A stretch of 63,988 nucleotides of DNA, counting the filler, from Barthelona sp. PAP020 (lineage: Eukaryota), in NCBI GenBank assembly GCA_040182905.1. It is 6 parts of 6 records of this genome, joined end to end, with 100 filler letters (N's around TTAATTAATTAA, not from the genome) between each part and the next. Parts side by side here need not be neighbours in the genome. Positions count along the whole stretch, not along the records: positions 44,549 to 55,537 come from JARQWU010000389.1; positions 55,638 to 63,988 come from JARQWU010000462.1; 4 more parts are not named here. The stretch is one strand, 5' to 3'. The notes beneath the pieces are model-generated. The model saw only the letters and a program-made list of their open reading frames with translations, searched no databases and was not told the DNA's origin. Of the stretch, positions 55,411 through 63,988 are shown in pieces. Position numbers and translations under genes: made by a program. Each line of letters opens with the position of its first letter. The first letter of the stretch is position 1.

Positions 55411-55537
55411 TAAATTGGTCCAGTTGTGAAACAACTAAATTTATTTACAAAGAAAAAGTAATCAGAGAAAACTCATTTCATTAAATCTCAGCCACAGAAA
55501 ATGAGTGGCTGCAATTGAATCTTGCTCATCAAGTATG
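55411..55537 (+). repeat. Diverged repeat copy D (module d plus start of inverted b), truncated by contig end
   Basis: Aligns to 56528-56660; imperfect inverted repeat with 55171-55205. Confidence 0.8.
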
Positions 55538-55637
55538 NNNNNNNNNNNNNNNNNNNNNNNNNNNNNNNNNNNNNNNNNNNNTTAATTAATTAANNNNNNN
55601 NNNNNNNNNNNNNNNNNNNNNNNNNNNNNNNNNNNNN
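55538..55637. other. Artificial contig-joining linker
   Basis: 100 nt N/TTAATTAATTAA/N. Confidence 0.98.
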
Positions 55638-55760
55638 ATATTTTGCAGTTATGAAGACATTGTTGATGTTAAATCAAAGATGATCATGACTTTGGTCACT
55701 GCCATCATTGCTGAAGATTTGAAGCAAGATCAACAACACCAACAACAACAGGATGAATGA
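55638..55760 (+). CDS. C-terminal fragment of fimbrin/plastin (last CH domain; not in ORF track)
   Basis: Manual translation IFCSYEDIVDVKSKMIMTLVTAIIAEDLKQDQQHQQQQDE* matches the fimbrin EDIVxVxxKMIMT end. Confidence 0.75.
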   Translation: MFCSYEDIVDVKSKMIMTLVTAIIAEDLKQDQQHQQQQDE

Positions 55761-56527
55761 TGAAACTGGAGAATTTGCTAGTGTGAATAGTTTTGATGAA
55801 TGCTTTTGCTTGTAAATGTGTGTAGTTCTTTTATTGTTTTGTTATTAAAAAGGACCAAATTGATGAAAGTTTGGTTTTTGAACTTAGTAGATCGGAAATG
55901 AAAGTGGGAAATAGAGTGCACTGTTGAGTAGTTTTTCTGGCTTGATATAGGACAAAGGCTGGTTGGTCAATATTTAATAAAGGTTATCAAAGCTTATTGT
56001 ACCCATTTGCACATTTCAATTTCTATGAAATACAAAGAGACTCAGTCGATCGGTAAGATTGCTGTTATTCACCCTCAACGGACAAGTTTGATAATAAAAG
56101 CGCCTTGGAAATTAGTTATTTAGGATTGTTACCGAATTTGATGAAGAGAATGTGCAACTGAATCTTTTTGTTTAGAAATTAGTAACCTTGCATTATGAGG
56201 CTTCCATAAAGATATTTGGGTCAATTATCAAATGTGTTGAGTTGAAAAATACAGAATAAGCGAGTTTTTCAGTGAATTGAGGGTAATTTGATGTTGTGTG
56301 TCTATTCAAAAAAAAAACAAATATGCAATGAGGGTTTAGTGACACGAAAGATGTCAAAGAAGTATTGTGAAACACATATTGAACTAATGAAAATGAATTG
56401 AAATTTGCCCCAGTTGTGATGGGTGGGAAAACAGACGAGGGTTCTCAACCGAATTTGTTTGGCGGATGAATTCTATGTTTTACATATAAGGTGATTACAG
56501 GTAAAGAAATCTTTGATAGAAATGATA

Positions 56528-57026
56528 AAATTGGTTCTGTTGTGAAACAACTATATTTATTTACAAAGAAAGTAAACTCAGAAAACTCATTCTAGCAAAT
56601 TTCAGTCAAAATCCCAGGAGGAGAATTGAGGGACTGAAATGTAATTGGAACGATCAAGTGGGAGAATTTCGGAGAAATTCTTTATTCCTATTTTTTTGTA
56701 TTTTTGCAAAAGCAAAATTTTAAAGTTTAAACTTTACCTTAGAAAATCTGAAGTTTTTCAACAGATCAATCGGGCCTCGAAGGCCTTTAATCAAATAATG
56801 TGGAAGTTCATGCTCAATGAACGGAATTTATTGGAGATATAACGAGGTCATCAAATATCACTTCCCTAATTTGTTGTTTCTTGACCACCTTTAGGTCCAA
56901 TTCTTTGAATTACTTGGGCATCTGAATCCACGTGAGTTTTTCCCAAATCTTAAGCTAACTCGTTTCGTTTTTCACTCACTATTCTTTTTTATTCACTCAA
57001 ACGCACAGTGCTTCTTGGCTTGGAAA
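56528..57026. repeat. Dispersed structured repeat, copy C: d (56528-56556), inverted b (56557-56798), c (56799-56976), inverted a (56977-57026)
   Basis: Direct and reverse-complement matches to copy B modules read by eye. Confidence 0.9.
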
Positions 57027-57179
57027 CAAACAACCTTTTCTATTCTACAAATTTCTTTATTTTTATCAATTCATCTATTTGTGGAAAACTTTTATTTGTT
57101 GTAGAGAAAGGAGATCTAAAAAATAAAAAATAAAATTTATTTTATTTATTTTTATTTATTTTAAAATTACAATTTATTG

Positions 57180-58439
57180 TTATTGGATGTACTCTTTGTA
57201 TTGTTGAATTTTAGCCAATCTAGTGTCTATATCCTCCTCTTCCTCTTCTTCTTCTTTGAACAAATTTTTATTATCTCCAAAACCAATCACAATCGAAGAA
57301 TGAATATCTTTATTGTTTGATGGTCCACTGGAAGCCGAGAAATTATCAACCAATTCAATTTTATTCAATCTGTCACCGTATATTTCTTCCAATTTGCTAA
57401 TCTCCATTTTCCTTGCGAGTGTGTTAGGAAGTGTCTTCAAAATGATTCTCTTTTCATAGGATTGAGTGGTCTTTTTTGGACTTTTTTGAGGTGATCTAAG
57501 ACTGTCTGTCCAACCTTTTGATTTATTCTCTGGTGTTTCCACTGATTGAATTTTTTTTACAGATGTACGATTAGGTGAATCAATTCTCTTCCTGTGCTTT
57601 CGAGGTGATTTTGCTACTTTGCTTTCAAGGTCATTTAAAGAAACAAAATCACTGACATCTGGGATTTCTCTCAAATTTACAGACCATTTTCCACCCTTTT
57701 TATCAACATACTTATCATAATATCTTAATTGAGAATAAGAATCGTAATCGTTTCTCTTAATTCTAGTCGACGAATTCCATGCAGGTTTCGAATCCATTTT
57801 TCCCTTGTAATCCTTGATAAAATATTTTGCTGTTTCATTATATATCTTGTAAACCTCTTGTGTTGCATAAGGGAAGTTACTATCGCTAAATTCTCTTTCA
57901 AAAACGGTGTAAAAATCTTTAAACAATCGTTTTAATTTTTTTGACCTTTCAAACATCTCCTCGTACAAAATTTTACATTCATTTATAACATTGGGATTAG
58001 TTAAGTGTTTGGACTTTTCCTTATAAGTTTTAGTTCTTTGAAATAATTCCTCAACCAAAATTTCAAGACCATTGGAACATTCACCTCTTATACTCAAAAT
58101 ATCACTTGTGTTTAAATCTTCAAAATAAGTTTTGAGATCATCTCCATTAACATTCAATACAATACAAATATTATTCAATAAAAGTAATGAATTACCAAGT
58201 TTTATTTCAAATTCAACCTCTTGGGCTTCTTTTTCTTCTTCTGATTCTTCAAATTCCATCATTTCTTTTTCTAATTTCATTCTTTCATCATAACTTATTC
58301 TTTCTTTTGTTGAATTTCCATGAGAATTCTCTCTTTTCTTGTAATCAATTCTTTGTTCAATAATTTCAGGATTTCCAAAAGAAAACTTTGAAAGTCCATT
58401 ATCAACTGAAGATGATATTTCTTTTTGTTTTGAATTCAT
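57180..58439 (-). CDS. Hypothetical protein (about 419 aa)
   Basis: Long ORF from the first ATG; no family recognised. Confidence 0.65.
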   Translation of the reverse strand: MNSKQKEISSSVDNGLSKFSFGNPEIIEQRIDYKKRENSHGNSTKERISYDERMKLEKEMMEFEESEEEKEAQEVEFEIKLGNSLLLLNNICIVLNVNGDDLKTYFEDLNTSDILSIRGECSNGLEILVEELFQRTKTYKEKSKHLTNPNVINECKILYEEMFERSKKLKRLFKDFYTVFEREFSDSNFPYATQEVYKIYNETAKYFIKDYKGKMDSKPAWNSSTRIKRNDYDSYSQLRYYDKYVDKKGGKWSVNLREIPDVSDFVSLNDLESKVAKSPRKHRKRIDSPNRTSVKKIQSVETPENKSKGWTDSLRSPQKSPKKTTQSYEKRIILKTLPNTLARKMEISKLEEIYGDRLNKIELVDNFSASSGPSNNKDIHSSIVIGFGDNKNLFKEEEEEEEDIDTRLAKIQQYKEYIQ

Positions 58440-59015
58440 ATTCAATTGACAATATTAAGATTCTTCAAATATAAATTTAAAGTTTACCATTTTTTTTTTA
58501 TTTTTGTTTTACTTGACTTTTATTTTATCAAATAGACAAATACAGCACATATTTTTAATCTTTTATCCGTTTATATAAAGTATTTTAAAAATACGCTTTT
58601 TTTTTTTCAATGAAAAAGAATATGAAGGCAAAACCTTTTTTGTTTCCTTCTGAAGCTCAAAAATAGTGAAGCTATTTATCATATAAACCTTCATATCAAG
58701 TGACTTTTCAATTAACAAGTTTCAATCCTCATTCTTTGGTTTTTCAAATGATTCTCAATCAAATACCATTTTGAAATTTATTGTTTTCACTGCAGAACAA
58801 ATAACGTTTCTTCAAACAAAATTTATTTTGGCATAATATTTTTGAAATTAATTCAATAAAAGCATAAGAGCTTGTTTTATCAACCAAAATTTATTTAAAA
58901 AATAAAGAATTCAAAAGAAACAAAGAATTTTGGAAGTGTCCAATCGTAATCAATAAGTGCTCCGGCTTTTGAAAAGAAAAAACCTTTTGGATAAGTTTTT
59001 TTTTTTGTCTTTTCA

Positions 59016-61961
59016 ATGCCCAGAGTAGCAAAAGTATCCAAAACATTAACGATTTCGCCACTTGAGGAATTGACTGATGCTTGTAATAAGGCGGAACATG
59101 AAAAGGTTTGTGAAATTTTAAGAGGATCAAGGTTCGATATTTATGAAATTAAAAGACGTAAAGACAATCCTGACCATAAGTTTGCACATACCCCTTTAAT
59201 TGAATATTATTCAGAATATCCTGAAACTTGGGTAAATGTGGTTGAAGCATATTGTGAATCTCATTATCCTAATGAAACCTTTGAAACTTGTAAATGTTGT
59301 ACTTTATTACAACAAGGAAAAGACGCCATTACAGGTATTTCTACAAAAAAAGATGAATTAGTTAAATTGACCACTGAATTGGTAGAAGATGCGATTGATC
59401 ATGGACATTTTCCTTGTTTATTACTTAGCATTTTTTACAATGGTGCTAAAATTGTTAATTTAACCACATATAGTTTGGTTGTTGGTCGATTGGATTGTTA
59501 TAAATACACAACTCAAATCATTGATATTGAGCCTAATTTATTGAACATTTACAGAAAAGAAACTCAATTAGACACTGCTATTCGTTCTGGACATATTGCA
59601 ATTGTCGATTATCTTTTAAAACAATTTGAAGGTGATGAATACAAACGTTATATTCGAGATGGACTTTGGTTAGCAGCTCAACTAGATAAGCTGGAAATTG
59701 TTGAATTAATTTTGACTTTTTTGGATGCAACAACCTTCGAAACTCATCGTGAATTTATCATTCAGGCAGTTGAAGTACCTCAATACAAAATTACTGAATT
59801 AATTATCAAACATTATTGTGAATATGTAATGCAACCCGAATTTGATTTTCTTTCTTGTATTGCAATCAGAACTTTGGATATCAGAAAGTTGGAGTTGATA
59901 CTCAGTATTCGTGGTGTTGACTATGCTGCGGAAGAACATGATGGTGGGGCTTCTTCATTGTGTGTAGCTGTTTCATATGATTTTTTTGAAGCAGTAGATC
60001 TATTATTTGCTTATGGATATGATATAAACAAAGATAAGTCTCTTACTGAAGTTGGTTTTTATGTGAAAAGCCAAAAAATGGTTGAAAAATTGGAATCTTT
60101 CGGTATAGACATTGCAAACATTGAATGGTTAAAAGAAACAGGGGCTGTTATTACCCCTTTAACTGACCCACCTTGTGATATGGCGTTTTTTAAGTATCTC
60201 AAAGAAAAATGTAAGCCCTCCAATCCTTCTACATTGTCTCAAGCTGTATCTGCGAATAATGTTACAATGGTAAAAGAGTGTCTCAAAGACATCTCAGAAG
60301 AAGAACTAAATGCCTTTTCTTTTAGTGGCATCAGTCCCATTTTTTCTTGTTACTCTTATGAAATGTTTGAACTGTTGGTTGAAGCTGGTGCTAATATTCA
60401 TCCTGTTGTACATCATGGTTATGGTGAAGGGTGTCCATTGACATTATGGTATGCAATGCAATGGCACAATTCCTTGATGGATCTAAAACTAGTTTTGAGT
60501 TATTTGGTTTCACATGGTGTTGATCCTAACTTTATTCATCCTGAACTTGGTGGCTTATTGTCCGCACTCATTGAACATCGTTTTAGTTCAGTATTGATAC
60601 CTTTTGCTCTGGATCTTGGTTGTGACCCAGCAAAAGATTTTTCTGCCTTCAATCGTGCAATTTCGACAGGAAATACCGAGCTCGCTGAGTTATTATGTCA
60701 CTTTCGTCATGATGTTGATGGATTAAATTCATATGGGGAAACAATACTGATGAGTGCCGCTCAAGCTAATTCAGTACCAGCAATAGAAAAACTATTGGGA
60801 TTAGGCTTTGATTTGAATTCCCGTTGTTGTGACGGCATGTCTCTTTTAGGCTTAACTTTGAGTAATAATACGATGGATGCGTTGGATTATTTGTTAGATG
60901 CAGGCGCAGACGTTAATTATATGGCTACCGCTGCATGTTTACCACTTGATCTGGCGTTATTAAACAAAAATCAAGAAGCTTTTTATCTATTGATTGCTTA
61001 TGGTGCTTCTCCTGGTCATTTTGGTAATTATGTTAAAGATAATTTCGATTATCGAAATGAACTTGATTATTGCGCATACACTCGTTGTTTGTCTACCACC
61101 GATAGTTTCATTTCACCAGATGCTTTGTTAGAATATCTGTCACCTGAAAACGTGAATATTCCTAACGATGTGGATTACCATCCTTTTAATGCCACAATGT
61201 ATAAATTTGATCCTCAACTAAGCTCTGCTGATGAATTAAATTTGGTAAAGGATCGTTTGAGGAAATTGCACAACAAAGGACTTGGTTCACCATATTGTTT
61301 CCGTGCTGCAATAAAATTTCAACGTTTTGATTTGGCTGAGTTTCTTGCAGATGAATTAGGATATGATCCCAATTATTTTGATTTGGAAAAAGAAAGAGAT
61401 GCTATTCAAGGAAAGCATTCAACCATTGGCTTGCCCATGTCAATGCTCCTGATGTTTTCTTCTGAAAAGATGAAATGGTTGGAATTTATGGAAAAGAGAA
61501 ATGTTTCTCTCTTTGATTTACCAGAAGCTCCAACTATTTGCTATTTAGACTGCATTGATGAACCTGAGATCTTACCTTATCTTTTTAGAAGGGGTGTAGA
61601 CATCAATAAATTTTATGGTCCTGAAAATCTTTTAATCATAGCGCTTAGAGCTTTATTTGACAATGCAAATCAAACTCCCTTGAAAAATTTGATGAGTTAT
61701 TCAAATCTTGATTTGGGTATTGAATTGGAAGGAATCGGTATTTTTGATTTTGTTTTAGATTCTGAAGTTGATATTCCTGGACTTTTAGAATATCTATTTT
61801 CCAGAGGCTACAAGAGTAAAGATGAGAAAACAAATGAAGCCTTTGAAAATATGGATAAAGAACTTTTTAATATTACTTTTGAAGAGATATTGTGGGATAT
61901 GCCTCCTGCAACTAATTCACAAGCTTCTGAAACTTCAGAAACTTCAGAAATAAAAATGTGA
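59016..61961 (+). CDS. Ankyrin-repeat protein (981 aa)
   Basis: TQLDTAIRSGHIAIVDYLL, GETILMSAAQANSVPAIEKLLGLGFDLN, LLDAGADVN and further repeats. Confidence 0.88.
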   Translation: MPRVAKVSKTLTISPLEELTDACNKAEHEKVCEILRGSRFDIYEIKRRKDNPDHKFAHTPLIEYYSEYPETWVNVVEAYCESHYPNETFETCKCCTLLQQGKDAITGISTKKDELVKLTTELVEDAIDHGHFPCLLLSIFYNGAKIVNLTTYSLVVGRLDCYKYTTQIIDIEPNLLNIYRKETQLDTAIRSGHIAIVDYLLKQFEGDEYKRYIRDGLWLAAQLDKLEIVELILTFLDATTFETHREFIIQAVEVPQYKITELIIKHYCEYVMQPEFDFLSCIAIRTLDIRKLELILSIRGVDYAAEEHDGGASSLCVAVSYDFFEAVDLLFAYGYDINKDKSLTEVGFYVKSQKMVEKLESFGIDIANIEWLKETGAVITPLTDPPCDMAFFKYLKEKCKPSNPSTLSQAVSANNVTMVKECLKDISEEELNAFSFSGISPIFSCYSYEMFELLVEAGANIHPVVHHGYGEGCPLTLWYAMQWHNSLMDLKLVLSYLVSHGVDPNFIHPELGGLLSALIEHRFSSVLIPFALDLGCDPAKDFSAFNRAISTGNTELAELLCHFRHDVDGLNSYGETILMSAAQANSVPAIEKLLGLGFDLNSRCCDGMSLLGLTLSNNTMDALDYLLDAGADVNYMATAACLPLDLALLNKNQEAFYLLIAYGASPGHFGNYVKDNFDYRNELDYCAYTRCLSTTDSFISPDALLEYLSPENVNIPNDVDYHPFNATMYKFDPQLSSADELNLVKDRLRKLHNKGLGSPYCFRAAIKFQRFDLAEFLADELGYDPNYFDLEKERDAIQGKHSTIGLPMSMLLMFSSEKMKWLEFMEKRNVSLFDLPEAPTICYLDCIDEPEILPYLFRRGVDINKFYGPENLLIIALRALFDNANQTPLKNLMSYSNLDLGIELEGIGIFDFVLDSEVDIPGLLEYLFSRGYKSKDEKTNEAFENMDKELFNITFEEILWDMPPATNSQASETSETSEIKM

Positions 61962-62135
61962 TGAATCTGGATAGAAAACAGTGCATTTTTTTGTCAATTG
62001 TTCCATTCTATTTCCTTCACAGTATTTTTGTATGTAAATAAATGATTGACAATATTTATTTGGTTTTTTTTTTCCTTTGCATATAAAAAAATTGCAGCAA
62101 TAGCGAACAATCTCATGAACATGGCGTTCTCTTTT

Positions 62136-62300
62136 TTATTTGGTGAAAAAATAACATGATGAACACTGTTTGTGTGTCTTTTAAAGGATAACAAAGTGTC
62201 CATGTTTCCACCTTAATTCCTTGAGAATGTGAACAACTGCCCGACTCAAAAATGTTTACCATCTGTTGAAAACTTACAAATATACATATAGACAACCATT
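62136..62300 (-). pseudogene. Degraded WD40-repeat gene remnant
   Basis: CKFSTDGKHF*, ESGSCSHSQGIKV and MDTLLSFKRHTNSVHHVIFSPN lie consecutively but in different frames. Confidence 0.6.
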
Positions 62301-63238
62301 CATTCCATTTTGGTTGCACTACTTTCATCAAATCTAAAGGAAGCACATTGGACAATTTATTTTTGTATCAATCTTTTTTTAAAGAAACTTTTCCATCATT
62401 TATTCATATGACAATGGAATTCATTGACTAAAGCAATATTTAATCATCCATATTCCCTTTTTACCGAAATCTGACGATTTTTTCTATTCACATATAAGTT
62501 ATAAATTTCTTCACGAGCATCACAAACATGATTTTGTCAAAAGTGAGGAAACAAGATGCAAATAATGTGAGTCTCAAATCTGTTCAAGAATTTACTGTAC
62601 CAATTACAATTATGACGCTCCAAACAACGAAAACTATTTCAAGTAATTACTCGACTGATGAATATCTTCCAAAACTTTTGTAAATGTTGAAACCTTTTTC
62701 TTTATTATGTTACCCTTTTGTCGTGCTATTCTTTCACAATAGGGGTAGCAATTTTCAATTTCTACTTTAAAAGACTGCAAACTGGCTTTTGAAAACTCTT
62801 TGAACCCTTCTAGTCAATCTTATGCTTTTGAACTTTTGCAGAGATATAAACAATCAGAAATAGAAACTCAAAAAGAAGATGAAAAATTGAAATTGGCTGA
62901 GGGACAAGATTGGATTCAATAGAATGCACATATATTTCTTTCAACTCAAATTTACTTGGGTGAATTTTCTGAGTTAAAGTTATCTGCAAATGAATGCTGT
63001 TGTTTTACAACTGGATCAATTATTTCAAGGGCAAGAAGGGGTGCCCAAACACTATCAACTAAATACATAAAAACTACTCTTTCTTGGTCAATCGCACATG
63101 TTTCTTTTCTCAACATTGCGGAACAAGACATGTAGATCAAATCATAACTTGAAAACAAGGGTTATGGCTTGCAAAAAATAAAAACAAAAATTTACAAAAT
63201 ATAATTTTGTCAAAAACTCATGAATAAACTCCCAAAGG

Positions 63239-63988
63239 TCAACTGAGGAGTTCAGTCTCTGATAAATTACCAATCATATTGGGAATTTTTGTGGAATCAG
63301 TTTCATTAAAAGATTGATTGGGTAATGGATAATTTTCAATCATGAATCGCTCACACATGTTCATTTTTTCGGCAAAAACATTTCTAAAAGCAAAAAACTT
63401 TTGACTTACTGAATCAATATTTTGAGCAAAGTCCATAATCATTGATAATACTTGTTTGGGGGTCATATACTCGTTATTATCAACAAACATGCAAACTTTC
63501 TCAGTTAAAACTTGTAAAGTAGAACCACAATCTTTTGAAACTGTATTCTCTTCGATATTACAAATGTTTGCCAACTGTTGATTACTTTCCAAGACTATCC
63601 GCTTTAAAGTCGCATAATCTCCGATTATCTGGTTCAACTTATCATTTTTAGCATTAATATCTCTATTGAGTTTATTAATCTCTTGTTTCAATTTATTAAC
63701 ATCAGATATGGTTCTCAATTTTTCAAAACTCTCAATTAAAGCAGTTTTGGTATTCAATAAGTCATTTTGTTCTACAATTTGACTGTTTAATTGAACGATA
63801 TCATCAGATAAGCTCTTTATCATTCTTTCCAATTCGCTTTTTTCTTCACCAGATCGCTTCATTTGCTCCAACAATTTTTCAACCTGTTCATCATTATTTG
63901 CAGATTTAACTATTTCTTGAAGGTTGTTAGCTTCCAGTTTCATAGTGTCAATATCTCTTTCGAGACAAACATTCTTCTCCATCAACTG
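63239..63988 (-). CDS. Coiled-coil protein, probably 5'-truncated by the window edge
   Basis: Open frame to the window end with heptad periodicity. Confidence 0.7.
   Translation of the reverse strand, partial: QLMEKNVCLERDIDTMKLEANNLQEIVKSANNDEQVEKLLEQMKRSGEEKSELERMIKSLSDDIVQLNSQIVEQNDLLNTKTALIESFEKLRTISDVNKLKQEINKLNRDINAKNDKLNQIIGDYATLKRIVLESNQQLANICNIEENTVSKDCGSTLQVLTEKVCMFVDNNEYMTPKQVLSMIMDFAQNIDSVSQKFFAFRNVFAEKMNMCERFMIENYPLPNQSFNETDSTKIPNMIGNLSETELLS

Noticed and set aside
54910..57026. CRISPR array or bacterial REP/IS interpretation of the repeats
   Set aside because: Eukaryotic context; no regular repeat-spacer period and no cas or transposase gene
1..63988. Alternative genetic code, tRNA, rRNA or snRNA genes
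   Set aside because: Conserved genes end at the expected positions with TAA, TAG and TGA; no convincing RNA-gene signature found by eye, though divergent ones could be missed

Overview
This window is eukaryotic: AT-rich, gene-dense, almost intron-free nuclear DNA read in the standard code (TAA, TAG and TGA all end conserved genes). Gene content (SPEF2-like, dynein roadblock, EF-hand/WD40, SmE, histones) and one 38-nt intron with a branch point next to its 3' splice site suggest a flagellated, possibly metamonad-like protist; that assignment is inference. It is not one locus: six contigs are joined by artificial 100-nt N/TTAATTAATTAA/N linkers, and the four complete contigs are about 11 kb and sorted by decreasing length. 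About 40 genes or gene fragments are recognisable. Four were missed or mis-framed by the ORF track: histone H4, the SRP receptor alpha C-terminus, intron-split RPLP1 and a fimbrin C-terminus. The most unusual feature is a non-coding, hairpin-dense repeat family on three different contigs (32.0-32.3, 54.9-55.5 and 56.5-57.0 kb). Its modules are shuffled and inverted between copies at AAATAA junctions, and one stem shows a compensatory base-pair change. Other leads are a minimal METTL3-like enzyme with DPPF, an H2A ending in TQEL, a PARP-like/B-box/TLDc protein and a candidate AATAAA-TGTA 3'-end signal. Product calls come from motif recognition by eye; no database search was run.
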